Positions 1-13,234 of a stretch of 64,000 nt of DNA are shown here, piece after piece (within the stretch, counting starts at the first letter, position 1; every line of letters begins with the position of its first letter). The stretch is from Escherichia coli (GTDB lineage: Bacteria > Pseudomonadota > Gammaproteobacteria > Enterobacterales > Enterobacteriaceae), in NCBI RefSeq assembly GCF_003334815.1, contig NZ_QOWO01000019.1. One strand, given 5' to 3'. Below the pieces are notes generated by a model that saw only the letters and a list, made by a program, of their open reading frames with translations, had not been told where the DNA came from and searched no databases. The translations under genes and the position numbers were made by a program.

Positions 1-107
1 GTTATCGTGAGAGTAATTCATCGGCACGTTAAATCATATCAGGCGTAATACCACAACCCTTAAGTTAGCGCTTATGGGAATTATCCCCGGCTTTTTTATG
101 TATGGTC

Positions 108-1310
108 TTACAGCACCAGTGCTGCGATTGACGCAGACAGCACACTCACCAGGGTAGAGCCGTAAACCAGCTTCAGACCGAAGCGAGAAACCACGTTACC
201 TTGCTCTTCATTCAGGCCTTTAACTGCACCTGCGATAATCCCGATTGAAGAGAAGTTAGCGAAGGAAACCAGGAACACAGAGATGATGCCTTCAGCACGC
301 GGAGAGAGCGTGGAAGCAATTTTCTGCAGATCCATCATCGCAACGAACTCGTTGGAAACCAGTTTGGTCGCCATGATACTGCCCACTTGCAGTGCTTCAC
401 TGGAAGGAACACCCATCACCCATGCAATCGGATAGAAGATGTAGCCCAGGATGCCCTGGAAGGAGATGCTGTAGCCAAACCAGCCAGTAACGGTGGCAAA
501 CAGTGCGTTCAGCGCGGCGATCAGGGCGATAAAGCCAATCAGCATCGCGGCAACGATAATGGCAACTTTGAAACCTGCCAGAATGTATTCACCCAGCATT
601 TCGAAGAAGCTCTGACCTTCGTGCAGGTTGGACATCTGGATGTTTTCTTCACTGGCATCAACACGGTAAGGATTGATCAGCGACAGCACGATAAAGGTGC
701 TGAACATGTTCAGTACCAGCGCAGCAACGACGTATTTCGGTTCCAGCATGGTCATGTATGCACCAACGATGGACATCGACACGGTGGACATTGCCGTGGC
801 AGCCATGGTGTACATACGATTACGGGAGATTTTGCCGAGGATATCTTTATAGGCAATAAAGTTTTCAGACTGACCCAGAATCAGGGAGCTGACGGCGTTA
901 AAGGATTCCAGTTTGCCCATGCCGTTGACTTTGGAGAGCAGGAAACCAATTGCGCGGATGATCACCGGCAACACGCGAATGTGCTGGAGAATACCGATCA
1001 GTGCAGAGATAAAGACGATTGGGCACAGCACTTTCAGGAAGAAGAATGCCAGGCCTTGATCATTCATGCTACCAAAGACGAAGTTAGTCCCTTCGTTGGC
1101 AAATCCGAGCAGTTTTTCGAACATTTCGGAGAAGCCTTTCACGAAGCCTAAACCAACGTCGGAGTTCAGGAAGAACCACGCCAGTAACACTTCGATAACA
1201 AGCAGTTGAATAACATAACGGATACGAATTTTTTTGCGGTCGCTGCTTACCAGCAGTGCGAGAATCGCAACAACGGCAAGTGCCAGTACAAAATGAAGGA
1301 CGCGGTCCAT
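108..1310 (-). CDS. nupC: Nucleoside:H+ symporter NupC (CNT family), 400 aa
   Basis: ORF 108..1349 contains the recognised N-terminus [13 protein letters not shown] at its 14th codon (ATG at 1308-1310); multi-pass membrane protein; position next to mntH matches K-12 order. Confidence 0.93.
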
Positions 1311-1575
1311 ATTTGCTCCAAATATGAGGCAGGTTAAATTTCCGTGCACATTCTATGTAACATGGTTAAGGAAAACGAGATCTGACACACACTATAATGA
1401 CGTCCTGTGACAGGCTTCAAAAATAGTGATCTGTCATACATTTCTGCTATGTTGTGTATGGAAGCTGAAAGTTATGTAAATGTGCTAACATTAAACATAA
1501 CCATAACATTCAAGTCATCAATCTTTTCGTAGTCATAATCCTGGTCTATCAGAGAAATCACCACAATCCATTTAA

Positions 1576-1596
1576 ATGAATTTGATAATCATTCTC
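1576..1596. promoter_or_regulatory. Fur-box-like site in mntH promoter region
   Basis: Sequence atgaatttgataatcattctc resembles the Fur consensus GATAATGATAATCATTATC; lies about 50 nt upstream of the mntH ATG. Confidence 0.55.
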
Positions 1597-1611
1597 GTTT
1601 GGCATAGCATG

Positions 1612-1633
1612 AAACATAGCAAAGGCTATGTTT
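1612..1633. promoter_or_regulatory. MntR operator (perfect palindrome) upstream of mntH
   Basis: aaacatagc-aaag-gctatgttt is a perfect 9-bp inverted repeat matching the known MntR box, 13 nt upstream of the mntH start codon. Confidence 0.75.
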
Positions 1634-1636
1634 TAG

Positions 1637-2884
<1,248 letters not shown>

Positions 2885-2890
2885 TTGAAT

Positions 2891-3000
<110 letters not shown>

Positions 3001-3024
3001 ATTGTGCTCCATTGGCGGACGCGT

Positions 3025-3351
3025 TTAATGGCGGTGCCCATGACCCCGGCCTTTTCCGCGATGATCGTCACGATCGCGCCAGCCTTCACGATAGCCACGC
3101 TCATACGCTTTACGCTTATCCCAGCCACGGTGGTAGCCATTATCATGACGCCACCAACGGTTTTTGCGCCACTCATAATTGCGATGCCAGTAGTCACGGT
3201 CGCGCCAGTGACCACCGTCCCAGTAATTACCGTAATGATCGCGATCGCCAATTTGTAATTTGATTGATGGCAGTAGGGTGATTTCACCTGCGTTTGCTGC
3301 AAGCGGGGTAAATGCCATCAGGGCGGCCGCCAGAAACAGTGACCTGAACAT
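3025..3351 (-). CDS. ypeC: Secreted DUF2502 protein YpeC, 108 aa
   Basis: Signal peptide [21 protein letters not shown] followed by a His/Arg/Trp/Asp-rich repeat region; length and context match YpeC. Confidence 0.85.
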
Positions 3352-3465
3352 TGTTATTCTCCTTCACGCTCGAAGCCGTCAGCGGCCTGTTAACGCAATA
3401 TTACGGGGAGGTAAAGCCCCGTATCATCGCCATAACTCTTAAATCATAAAGGAGAGCATTTTTTG

Positions 3466-4722
3466 CTAAACGTTATCGTGGGGTGGCTGTTGCTTCGGAC
3501 GATTGACCATCATCATCGGCTTACCTGCTAATAACAGCCATGCCGGAAGCATGACGATACAGAGCAGCGGTAGCAATGTGGTATTGGGTACAACGACTGC
3601 CGCCATAAAAAGACTTAACCAGCCATCGCGTGTTACCACCAGCACGATGCCGAGAATAGCGCAAGAAACGGTTATTGCCGCTGGTACGGCGGGAACGTGC
3701 TCATGCAGCATCAACCCTAATGCCACGCCGACAAACACTGCCGGGAAGATTCGCCCACCGCGAAAGCCACTGGCGGCAGCAACGACCAGGGCGGCAAGTT
3801 TAATTACCGCCAGCAAAAAGTAATCGCTGGTGCTGAAAGCCTGATTTGCCACCATCTGCTGCATCTCATCCAGCCCTTTAAACAGCGAAACTGGTCCACC
3901 AATAACCCCCAGAATACCGAGAATAAATCCGCCAATACCCAGCACGAGCACCGGATTTTTCATTTGATGCATCATCGCGTGCAACCGTGGTAAGCACCAT
4001 ACGGCGACCATCCCTGCTGCGATGGCAATCGCCGCGACAATTGCACCGCTGAGAATATCGGTCATTTCCATCTGTCCGTAATGAGCAATGGGCAGTGAAA
4101 AATGAGGATGGAAAAATAATCCGGTAGTAAGTGCACCAGCTGCTGCCGCCATTAACGGCGCAAAGAGACGATCCCATAGCGGAACTTCACTACTGCCATT
4201 TAAGGTTTGCGAAAATATCAACGCCGCCGCAACAGGAGTGCCAAACAGTGCGCCGATGGTTCCGGCAGAGGCTAAAATAGTCCACTCCATTCGGTTGACG
4301 CGCGGTAACAGACGAGCGCCAATGGCAACCGCAAGGGCGATATTGACGGTCATGATCGGATGTTCCGGCCCCAGGCTGACGCCGCCAGCAAGACCGAGAA
4401 TTAATGCTACGATAAGTCCAGGTAGCGCAGAGGGCGGAACCGGTGCGCCGATCAGCGGTTCACAGGCGGGGTCTGGTCCGGCATGACCCTGGCTGAAACG
4501 GATAACCAACCCCACCGCAATACCCGTTAGCGTTAATACACCGATGATCCAGAGGGGTGAATCCTGGGCTATCCCCAGAGTTCCCGGCAGTCGTTGCCAG
4601 AGCAAATTCTGTAATACCGAGGCGATTTTCATCACCACAATCAGAATAAGACTGGACGCAATCCCAATTGCCACGGCGGGGAGCGATAATAACAACATGG
4701 TTCTGGCTCGCGGATGGAGCAT
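3466..4722 (-). CDS. yfeO: Putative ion-transport membrane protein YfeO (ClC-like), 418 aa
   Basis: Full-length polytopic membrane ORF; length and position between ypeC and glk match YfeO. Confidence 0.88.
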
Positions 4723-4925
4723 GTTCTATTCCTTATGCGGGGTCAGATACTTAGTTTGCCCAGCTTGCAAAAAGGCATCGCTGCAATTGGTGCTGAAACG
4801 ATAAAGTAATTGTGTGACCCAGATCGATATTTACAGGGAGCCTGCCTTTCCGGCGTTGTTGTTATGCCCCCAGGTATTTACAGTGTGAGAAAGAATTATT
4901 TTGACTTTAGCGGAGCAGTTGAAGA

Positions 4926-5891
4926 ATGACAAAGTATGCATTAGTCGGTGATGTGGGCGGCACCAACGCACGTCTTGCTCTGTGTGATATTGCCAGTGGT
5001 GAAATCTCGCAGGCTAAGACCTATTCAGGGCTTGATTACCCCAGCCTCGAAGCGGTCATTCGCGTTTATCTTGAAGAACATAAGGTCGAGGTGAAAGACG
5101 GCTGTATTGCCATCGCTTGCCCAATTACCGGTGACTGGGTGGCGATGACCAACCATACCTGGGCGTTCTCAATTGCCGAAATGAAAAAGAATCTCGGTTT
5201 TAGCCATCTGGAAATTATTAACGATTTTACCGCTGTATCGATGGCGATCCCGATGCTGAAAAAAGAGCATCTGATTCAGTTTGGTGGCGCAGAACCGGTC
5301 GAAGGTAAGCCTATTGCGGTTTACGGTGCCGGAACGGGGCTTGGGGTTGCGCATCTGGTCCATGTCGATAAGCGTTGGGTAAGCTTGCCAGGCGAAGGCG
5401 GTCACGTTGATTTTGCGCCGAATAGTGAAGAAGAGGCCATTATCCTCGAAATATTGCGTGCGGAAATTGGTCATGTTTCGGCGGAGCGCGTGCTTTCTGG
5501 CCCTGGGCTGGTGAATTTGTATCGCGCAATTGTGAAAGCTGACAACCGCCTGCCAGAAAATCTCAAGCCAAAAGATATTACCGAACGCGCGCTGGCTGAC
5601 AGCTGCACCGATTGCCGCCGCGCATTGTCGCTGTTTTGCGTCATTATGGGCCGTTTTGGCGGCAATCTGGCGCTCAATCTCGGGACATTTGGCGGCGTGT
5701 TTATTGCGGGCGGTATCGTGCCGCGCTTCCTTGAGTTCTTCAAAGCCTCCGGTTTCCGTGCCGCATTTGAAGATAAAGGGCGCTTTAAAGAATATGTCCA
5801 TGATATTCCGGTGTATCTCATCGTCCATGACAATCCGGGCCTTCTCGGTTCCGGTGCACATTTACGCCAGACCTTAGGTCACATTCTGTAA
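4926..5891 (+). CDS. glk: Glucokinase Glk, 321 aa
   Basis: N-terminal ATP-binding motif [14 protein letters not shown]; length and sequence as in E. coli Glk. Confidence 0.97.
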   Translation: MTKYALVGDVGGTNARLALCDIASGEISQAKTYSGLDYPSLEAVIRVYLEEHKVEVKDGCIAIACPITGDWVAMTNHTWAFSIAEMKKNLGFSHLEIINDFTAVSMAIPMLKKEHLIQFGGAEPVEGKPIAVYGAGTGLGVAHLVHVDKRWVSLPGEGGHVDFAPNSEEEAIILEILRAEIGHVSAERVLSGPGLVNLYRAIVKADNRLPENLKPKDITERALADSCTDCRRALSLFCVIMGRFGGNLALNLGTFGGVFIAGGIVPRFLEFFKASGFRAAFEDKGRFKEYVHDIPVYLIVHDNPGLLGSGAHLRQTLGHIL

Positions 5892-6109
5892 ATCCTTCCT
5901 TTTATATCGGGAGGTAACTCTCCCGATAATCTTTTAAATCATACAGTTTATTCAATTTTTCTTTGTGTCCCCTCACAAGGTCGACCTGCGTCACACTTCC
6001 GTACAGCGGGATTAATTCTCCAGTAAATGCATTATTTGTCTGGTAACGGCGATTTGTTTTGCACGTTCATAATTTCACTCGTCAACTATCACTGAACGAG
6101 GAATTAACG

Positions 6110-6436
6110 ATGAGTAAGAAACTGATTGCCTTATGTGCCTGCCCGATGGGCCTGGCTCACACCTTTATGGCCGCTCAGGCGCTGGAAGAAGCGGCGGTAG
6201 AAGCCGGTTATGAAGTGAAAATTGAAACCCAGGGCGCGGACGGTATCCAGAATCGCCTGACGGCGCAGGATATCGCCGAAGCGACCATCATCATCCACTC
6301 CGTGGCAGTTACCCCGGAAGATAACGAACGTTTCGAATCACGCGACGTTTATGAAATCACTTTGCAGGACGCAATTAAAAACGCTGCGGGCATCATCAAA
6401 GAAATCGAAGAGATGATTGCCTCTGAACAACAGTAA
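6110..6436 (+). CDS. fryB: PTS fructose-like EIIB component FryB, 108 aa
   Basis: ORF 6059..6436 is N-terminally extended; known start MSKKLIALCACPMG (catalytic Cys in CxxG context) at ATG 6110, preceded by a gaggaa RBS. Confidence 0.9.
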   Translation: MSKKLIALCACPMGLAHTFMAAQALEEAAVEAGYEVKIETQGADGIQNRLTAQDIAEATIIIHSVAVTPEDNERFESRDVYEITLQDAIKNAAGIIKEIEEMIASEQQ

Positions 6437-6457
6437 TATTCGACAGGGATAATTGTT

Positions 6458-7705
6458 ATGGCCATTAAAAAACGCAGTGCAACCGTTGTGCCTGGCGCAT
6501 CCGGTGCGGCAGCGGCAGTTAAGAATCCGCAGGCCTCTAAAACCAGCTTCTGGGGTGAACTCCCGCAGCATGTGATGTCAGGGATTTCACGCATGGTGCC
6601 GACCTTAATTATGGGCGGTGTGATCCTCGCTTTCAGCCAGCTGATTGCTTATAGCTGGCTTAAAATTCCTGCTGAGATCGGCATCATGGATGCTCTTAAT
6701 AGCGGGAAATTCTCCGGTTTCGACCTCTCCTTACTTAAATTTGCCTGGCTGTCGCAGTCCTTCGGCGGCGTGTTGTTTGGTTTTGCCATTCCGATGTTTG
6801 CTGCTTTTGTGGCGAACTCTATCGGTGGCAAACTGGCGTTCCCGGCTGGTTTTATCGGCGGGTTGATGTCTACCCAGCCGACGCAACTGCTGAACTTCGA
6901 TCCCAGCACTATGCAATGGGCGACCTCTTCGCCGGTGCCGTCCACCTTCATTGGTGCGCTGATTATTTCTATCGTTGCCGGTTACCTTGTGAAGTGGATG
7001 AACCAGAAAATCCAGTTACCGGATTTCCTGTTAGCGTTCAAAACCACATTTTTGCTCCCGATTCTTTCCGCCATTTTTGTCATGCTGGCGATGTACTACG
7101 TCATCACCCCCTTTGGTGGCTGGATCAACGGCGGTATCCGTACTGTGCTGACTGCCGCAGGTGAGAAGGGCGCGCTGATGTACGCAATGGGGATCGCCGC
7201 GGCGACAGCAATCGACCTTGGTGGCCCGATCAACAAAGCCGCAGGTTTTGTTGCCTTCAGCTTTACCACTGACCACGTATTACCGGTCACCGCTCGTTCT
7301 ATCGCTATCGTTATTCCGCCGATTGGTCTGGGGCTGGCGACCATTATCGACCGTCGTTTAACCGGCAAACGCCTGTTCAACGCTCAACTTTATCCGCAGG
7401 GTAAGACCGCCATGTTCCTGGCGTTTATGGGGATCAGTGAGGGTGCGATTCCGTTTGCGCTGGAAAGCCCCATCACCGCCATTCCGTCGTATATGGTCGG
7501 CGCTATTGTCGGCTCAACCGCCGCTGTCTGGCTGGGCGCAGTGCAATGGTTCCCGGAGTCCGCTATCTGGGCATGGCCGCTGGTCACTAACCTGGGCGTC
7601 TATATGGCGGGGATCGCGCTGGGGGCAGTCATAACTGCGCTGATGGTGGTGTTCCTGCGTCTGATGATGTTCCGTAAAGGCAAATTGTTAATCGATAGCC
7701 TGTAA
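6458..7705 (+). CDS. fryC: PTS fructose-like EIIC permease FryC, 415 aa
   Basis: Polytopic membrane ORF immediately downstream of fryB; length matches FryC. Confidence 0.92.
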   Translation: MAIKKRSATVVPGASGAAAAVKNPQASKTSFWGELPQHVMSGISRMVPTLIMGGVILAFSQLIAYSWLKIPAEIGIMDALNSGKFSGFDLSLLKFAWLSQSFGGVLFGFAIPMFAAFVANSIGGKLAFPAGFIGGLMSTQPTQLLNFDPSTMQWATSSPVPSTFIGALIISIVAGYLVKWMNQKIQLPDFLLAFKTTFLLPILSAIFVMLAMYYVITPFGGWINGGIRTVLTAAGEKGALMYAMGIAAATAIDLGGPINKAAGFVAFSFTTDHVLPVTARSIAIVIPPIGLGLATIIDRRLTGKRLFNAQLYPQGKTAMFLAFMGISEGAIPFALESPITAIPSYMVGAIVGSTAAVWLGAVQWFPESAIWAWPLVTNLGVYMAGIALGAVITALMVVFLRLMMFRKGKLLIDSL

Positions 7706-7719
7706 GAAGGAAAATCCAG

Positions 7720-8805
7720 ATGACATTACTCGCTTCGCTGCGCGACTGGCTTAAGGCGCAACAACTGGATGCAGTGCTTCTCTCCTCACGGCAGAACAAA
7801 CAGCCGCATCTGGGGATCTCCACCGGATCAGGTTATGTGGTGATTAGCCGTGAAAGTGCGCACATTCTGGTGGATTCGCGCTATTACGTTGAGGTGGAAG
7901 CCCGTGCGCAAGGCTACCAGCTGCATTTGCTTGACGCGACGAACACGCTTACCACTATCGTCAATCAAATCATTGCCGATGAACAGTTGCAAACGCTCGG
8001 TTTTGAGGGCCAGCAGGTGAGTTGGGAAACCGCGCACCGCTGGCAGTCTGAACTCAATGCGAAACTGGTTAGCGCCACGCCGGATGTGCTGCGGCAAATC
8101 AAAACGCCAGAGGAGGTGGAGAAAATCCGCCTCGCCTGTGGGATTGCTGATCGCGGTGCAGAGCATATTCGCCGCTTTATTCAGGCGGGGATGAGCGAGC
8201 GCGAGATAGCCGCTGAACTGGAGTGGTTTATGCGCCAGCAGGGCGCAGAAAAAGCCTCTTTTGACACCATTGTCGCCAGTGGCTGGCGTGGGGCGCTGCC
8301 GCACGGCAAAGCCAGCGACAAGATTGTTGCAGCGGGCGAGTTTGTCACTCTCGATTTCGGTGCGCTGTATCAGGGCTACTGCTCTGATATGACGCGCACC
8401 TTGCTGGTGAATGGCGAAGGGGTGAGCGCCGAATCTCACCCGCTGTTTAACGTCTATCAAATTGTCCTGCAGGCACAGCTCGCAGCAATCTCCGCGATTC
8501 GCCCCGGCGTGCGCTGCCAGCAGGTTGACGATGCCGCGCGCCGGGTCATTACAGAAGCAGGTTATGGCGACTATTTCGGTCATAACACCGGTCACGCTAT
8601 CGGCATTGAAGTTCATGAAGATCCGCGTTTTTCACCGCGGGACACCACGACGCTACAGCCAGGCATGTTACTGACCGTGGAGCCGGGGATTTATTTGCCA
8701 GGGCAAGGGGGCGTGCGCATCGAAGATGTTGTGCTGGTTACCCCGCAAGGCGCAGAAGTGCTCTACGCCATGCCGAAAACAGTGTTGCTCACGGGAGAGG
8801 CATAA
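7720..8805 (+). CDS. ypdF: Xaa-Pro aminopeptidase YpdF (M24 family), 361 aa
   Basis: M24 pita-bread fold hallmarks ([13 protein letters not shown], metal-binding D/H/E residues); embedded in the fry operon. Confidence 0.92.
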   Translation: MTLLASLRDWLKAQQLDAVLLSSRQNKQPHLGISTGSGYVVISRESAHILVDSRYYVEVEARAQGYQLHLLDATNTLTTIVNQIIADEQLQTLGFEGQQVSWETAHRWQSELNAKLVSATPDVLRQIKTPEEVEKIRLACGIADRGAEHIRRFIQAGMSEREIAAELEWFMRQQGAEKASFDTIVASGWRGALPHGKASDKIVAAGEFVTLDFGALYQGYCSDMTRTLLVNGEGVSAESHPLFNVYQIVLQAQLAAISAIRPGVRCQQVDDAARRVITEAGYGDYFGHNTGHAIGIEVHEDPRFSPRDTTTLQPGMLLTVEPGIYLPGQGGVRIEDVVLVTPQGAEVLYAMPKTVLLTGEA

Positions 8806-9842
8806 TGGATTTATCGCTATTAAAAGCGTTGAGCGAGGCAGATGCGATCGCCTCCTCGGAACAGGAAGTGCGGCAGATCCTGCTGGAAGAAGCGGATCGC
8901 CTGCAAAAAGAAGTGCGATTTGATGGTCTGGGATCGGTGCTGATCCGCCTGAATGAATCGACAGGTCCGAAGGTGATGATCTGTGCGCATATGGACGAAG
9001 TGGGATTTATGGTGCGCAGCATCTCCCGCGAAGGGGCGATTGATGTGCTGCCGGTTGGCAACGTACGCATGGCTGCCCGCCAGCTGCAGCCGGTGCGCAT
9101 CACCACCCGTGAAGAGTGCAAAATTCCAGGCCTGCTTGACGGCGACCGGCAGGGGAATGACGTCAGCGCCATGCGCGTGGACATTGGTGCGCGCTCCTAT
9201 GACGAAGTGATGCAGGCGGGAATTCGTCCCGGCGATCGCGTCACGTTTGATACCACTTTTCAGGTTCTCCCTCACCAGCGAGTGATGGGGAAAGCCTTTG
9301 ATGACCGCCTCGGTTGCTATCTGCTGGTGACGTTACTGCGCGAACTGCACGACGCCGAACTACCTGCGGAAGTGTGGCTGGTGGCAAGTTCCAGCGAAGA
9401 GGTGGGATTACGCGGCGGGCAAACTGCCACCCGCGCGGTGTCGCCGGACGTCGCCATTGTGCTTGATACCGCCTGCTGGGCGAAAAACTTTGATTATGGC
9501 GCGGCTAACCATCGCCAGATTGGTAACGGGCCGATGCTGGTGTTAAGCGACAAGTCGCTGATTGCGCCGCCAAAACTTACCGCCTGGGTCGAAACCGTGG
9601 CGGCAGAAATTGGCGTGCCGTTGCAGGCAGATATGTTCAGCAACGGCGGCACGGACGGCGGGGCGGTGCACTTAACCGGCACCGGCGTGCCCACAGTGGT
9701 GATGGGGCCAGCAACCCGCCATGGACATTGCGCCGCATCGATTGCCGATTGCCGCGACATTTTGCAGATGCAGCAACTTTTATCTGCCCTTATTCAACGT
9801 CTTACGCGTGAGACGGTTGTTCAACTGACGGATTTCAGATGA
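8805..9842 (+). CDS. ypdE: Aminopeptidase YpdE (M42 family), 345 aa
   Basis: Full-length ORF whose start overlaps the ypdF stop by 1 nt (translational coupling); M42-type metal site residues (HMDEVG). Confidence 0.92.
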   Translation: MDLSLLKALSEADAIASSEQEVRQILLEEADRLQKEVRFDGLGSVLIRLNESTGPKVMICAHMDEVGFMVRSISREGAIDVLPVGNVRMAARQLQPVRITTREECKIPGLLDGDRQGNDVSAMRVDIGARSYDEVMQAGIRPGDRVTFDTTFQVLPHQRVMGKAFDDRLGCYLLVTLLRELHDAELPAEVWLVASSSEEVGLRGGQTATRAVSPDVAIVLDTACWAKNFDYGAANHRQIGNGPMLVLSDKSLIAPPKLTAWVETVAAEIGVPLQADMFSNGGTDGGAVHLTGTGVPTVVMGPATRHGHCAASIADCRDILQMQQLLSALIQRLTRETVVQLTDFR

Positions 9843-9866
9843 TCTCCTGATTAACCCGGAGCGGTT

Positions 9867-12362
9867 ATGTTAACGATTCAATTTCTCTGTCCTTTGCCTA
9901 ACGGTCTACATGCTCGTCCGGCGTGGGAACTTAAAGAACAGTGCAGCCAGTGGCAAAGCGAAATCACTTTTATTAACCATCGCCAGAACGCAAAGGCAGA
10001 TGCGAAAAGCTCGCTGGCGCTGATTGGCACCGGCACCCTATTTAATGACAGTTGCAGCCTGAACATTAGCGGCAGCGATGAAGAGCAGGCGCGGCGCGTG
10101 CTGGAAGAGTACATCCAGGTGCGCTTTATCGACAGCGACAGCGTTCAGCCTACGCAGGCAGAACTGACGGCGCATCCGCTGCCGCGTTCATTAAGCCGCC
10201 TTAACCCGGATTTACTGTACGGCAATGTGCTGGCAAGCGGCGTCGGCGTGGGTACGCTGACCCTGTTACAAAGCGACAGCCTCGACAGTTATCGGGCAAT
10301 CCCCGCCAGTGCGCAAGATTCCACCCGGCTGGAGCACAGCCTGGCAACGCTTGCCGAGCAACTGAACCAGCAATTGCGTGAGCGTGACGGCGAAAGCAAA
10401 ACTATCCTCAGCGCCCATTTGTCGCTGATTCAGGATGATGAATTTGCAGGCAATATCCGTCGCCTGATGACAGAACAGCATCAGGGGCTGGGGGCGGCGA
10501 TCATCAGCAATATGGAGCAGGTTTGCGCCAAACTTTCTGCCTCTGCCAGCGATTATCTGCGCGAACGTGTTAGCGACATTCGCGATATCAGCGAACAGTT
10601 GCTGCATATCACCTGGCCGGAACTGAAGCCGCGCAACAAGCTGGTGCTTGAAAAACCGACCATTCTGGTGGCTGAAGATTTAACCCCAAGCCAGTTTTTG
10701 AGCCTTGATTTGAAAAATCTTGCGGGCATGATTCTGGAGAAAACCGGGCGCACCTCGCATACACTGATTCTGGCCCGTGCCTCGGCGATCCCGGTACTGA
10801 GTGGCTTGCCGCTGGATGCGATTGCCCGTTATGCCGGGCAACCTGCAGTGCTTGACGCCCAGTGCGGCGTGCTGGCGATTAACCCGAATGACGCGGTGAG
10901 CGGTTATTATCAGGTCGCGCAGACGCTGGCGGATAAACGCCAAAAACAACAGGCGCAGGCTGCCGCGCAGCTGGCCTATTCCCGTGATAACAAGCGTATT
11001 GATATTGCGGCGAATATCGGCACCGCTCTGGAAGCGCCAGGCGCGTTTGCCAACGGCGCGGAAGGTGTCGGGCTGTTCCGTACCGAAATGCTCTATATGG
11101 ATCGCGACAGCGCGCCGGACGAGCAGGAGCAATTTGAAGCCTACCAGCAGGTGCTACTGGCGGCGGGCGACAAGCCGATTATCTTCCGCACGATGGACAT
11201 CGGCGGCGATAAAAGCATTCCTTATCTGAATATTCCCCAGGAAGAGAACCCGTTCCTCGGCTATCGCGCGGTACGTATTTACCCGGAATTTGCTGGCCTG
11301 TTCCGCACTCAACTGCGGGCCATTTTGCGCGCCGCCAGTTTCGGCAACGCCCAGTTGATGATCCCGATGGTTCACAGCCTCGATCAGATCTTATGGGTGA
11401 AAGGCGAGATCCAAAAAGCGATCGTTGAGCTTAAGCGCGATGGCCTGCGTCATGCAGAGACGATTACGCTTGGGATCATGGTGGAAGTTCCGTCGGTGTG
11501 CTACATCATCGACCACTTCTGCGATGAGGTCGATTTCTTCAGTATCGGCTCCAACGATATGACCCAGTATCTGTATGCGGTCGATCGTAATAACCCGCGC
11601 GTATCGCCGCTATATAACCCGATTACGCCATCGTTCCTGCGCATGTTGCAGCAAATAGTTACCACTGCGCATCAGCGGGGCAAATGGGTAGGCATTTGCG
11701 GTGAACTGGGCGGTGAAAGCCGTTATCTGCCGCTACTGCTTGGGCTGGGCCTGGATGAGCTGAGTATGAGTAGCCCGCGTATTCCGGCGGTGAAAAGCCA
11801 GCTTCGTCAACTGGATAGCGAGGCGTGTCGGGAACTGGCGCGTCAGGCATGTGAATGCCGCAGTGCGCAGGAAATTGAAGCGTTACTCACCGCCTTTACG
11901 CCGGAAGAAGACGTTCGCCCACTGCTGGCGCTGGAGAATATCTTTGTTGATCAGGATTTTAGCAATAAAGAGCAGGCGATCCAGTTCCTGTGCGGCAACC
12001 TCGGCGTTAACGGGCGCACTGAACATCCGTTTGAGCTGGAAGAAGATGTCTGGCAGCGGGAAGAGATTGTTACCACCGGCGTTGGTTTTGGCGTAGCGAT
12101 CCCGCACACCAAATCTCAGTGGATCCGTCATTCCAGTATCAGCATTGCCCGGCTGGCGAAACCGATTGGCTGGCAGTCAGAAATGGGCGAAGTCGAACTG
12201 GTGATCATGCTGACGCTGGGTGCTAACGAAGGGATGAATCATGTGAAAGTCTTCTCGCAGCTGGCGCGTAAACTGGTGAATAAAAACTTCCGCCAGTCGT
12301 TGTTTGCCGCGCAAGATGCACAAAGTATCCTGACGCTGCTGGAAACAGAATTAACCTTCTGA
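9867..12362 (+). CDS. fryA: PTS multiphosphoryl transfer protein FryA (HPr–Enzyme I–EIIA fusion), 831 aa
   Basis: N-terminal HPr-like domain, central PEP-utilising Enzyme I domain, C-terminal EIIA(Fru)-like domain; length matches FryA (YpdD). Confidence 0.93.
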   Translation: MLTIQFLCPLPNGLHARPAWELKEQCSQWQSEITFINHRQNAKADAKSSLALIGTGTLFNDSCSLNISGSDEEQARRVLEEYIQVRFIDSDSVQPTQAELTAHPLPRSLSRLNPDLLYGNVLASGVGVGTLTLLQSDSLDSYRAIPASAQDSTRLEHSLATLAEQLNQQLRERDGESKTILSAHLSLIQDDEFAGNIRRLMTEQHQGLGAAIISNMEQVCAKLSASASDYLRERVSDIRDISEQLLHITWPELKPRNKLVLEKPTILVAEDLTPSQFLSLDLKNLAGMILEKTGRTSHTLILARASAIPVLSGLPLDAIARYAGQPAVLDAQCGVLAINPNDAVSGYYQVAQTLADKRQKQQAQAAAQLAYSRDNKRIDIAANIGTALEAPGAFANGAEGVGLFRTEMLYMDRDSAPDEQEQFEAYQQVLLAAGDKPIIFRTMDIGGDKSIPYLNIPQEENPFLGYRAVRIYPEFAGLFRTQLRAILRAASFGNAQLMIPMVHSLDQILWVKGEIQKAIVELKRDGLRHAETITLGIMVEVPSVCYIIDHFCDEVDFFSIGSNDMTQYLYAVDRNNPRVSPLYNPITPSFLRMLQQIVTTAHQRGKWVGICGELGGESRYLPLLLGLGLDELSMSSPRIPAVKSQLRQLDSEACRELARQACECRSAQEIEALLTAFTPEEDVRPLLALENIFVDQDFSNKEQAIQFLCGNLGVNGRTEHPFELEEDVWQREEIVTTGVGFGVAIPHTKSQWIRHSSISIARLAKPIGWQSEMGEVELVIMLTLGANEGMNHVKVFSQLARKLVNKNFRQSLFAAQDAQSILTLLETELTF

Positions 12363-12364
12363 CG

Positions 12365-13222
12365 TTAGCCCTGAAAACGGGCGCTGTACTCTCCCGGCGT
12401 CAGACCAAACTGACGCCGGAAAACGCGACAAAAATAGTCGCTATCCGGAAAACCGCAACGCTGTGCCACTTCATGAATTGACAGATGATATTTCTGCAAA
12501 ATCATCCTCGCCTTCGCCATTCGCACCCAACGCACATACTCGATAAAACGCATCGTTCCATGCTGAGCAAACAGTTTTGACAGATGATTGGGCGTGATAT
12601 TAAAAAACTGCGCCACGCTCTCGCGGGTGAGCGGCTGGGCATAATTATCCTGAACCCAGTTACAAATGCTGTGATAGAGAAAATCGCCGCGCGGCTGCGA
12701 ATTGCCCGGCGGCATATTCACCACGCTACGGCAAAGATGCAGCAAACTTAACACCAGCGGCTGAATGATATTTTGCTCCAGCGGCGAACGGCTAAGATGG
12801 GTGAGGGCGGTAAGCATCGCTTCACCTTCACCGCGTTGCAGGCTGGGAAGCTGGATCTGGCGAGCAGGATGCAACAACGACGTGGTGCGGCTATCGTAAA
12901 ACGATAACCCAAGCCAGGTCGGAGCGAACACCAGGCTTAACAGCATCACCGGTTTGTTGTTGACCGGTAAATTAGCCGCGCGCGCCGGAATAAACAGCAT
13001 TTCTCCTTCCACCAAACGTTGCTGCTTTGCTTCCAGCAGATTGCCGTATTCGCCGCGCAGCACGATATCCAGACGGGGAAAATCAATACATAAACTGCCC
13101 ACCGGCAACGAGGCAGGCTGGCTGGCAAACCAGACGCGCCCCAGTAGTTGCGGGTTAAGCACCAGGCCGCTGAACAGATCGGCGAAAAATTGTTGATCGG
13201 CGGGCAAGCCTGGTGCTTTCAT
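12365..13222 (-). CDS. ypdC: AraC-family transcriptional regulator YpdC, 285 aa
   Basis: C-terminal AraC-type HTH; convergent with fryA with a 2-nt gap. Confidence 0.9.
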   Translation of the reverse strand: MKAPGLPADQQFFADLFSGLVLNPQLLGRVWFASQPASLPVGSLCIDFPRLDIVLRGEYGNLLEAKQQRLVEGEMLFIPARAANLPVNNKPVMLLSLVFAPTWLGLSFYDSRTTSLLHPARQIQLPSLQRGEGEAMLTALTHLSRSPLEQNIIQPLVLSLLHLCRSVVNMPPGNSQPRGDFLYHSICNWVQDNYAQPLTRESVAQFFNITPNHLSKLFAQHGTMRFIEYVRWVRMAKARMILQKYHLSIHEVAQRCGFPDSDYFCRVFRRQFGLTPGEYSARFQG

Positions 13223-13234
13223 GAAAGTTCCCGA

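Noticed and set aside
387..1151. 254-aa ORF on the plus strand
   Set aside because: Antisense to nupC; His/Gln/Asp/Gly-rich low-complexity translation; no RBS context; treated as a shadow ORF.
7828..8616. 262-aa ORF on the minus strand
   Set aside because: Antisense shadow of ypdF.
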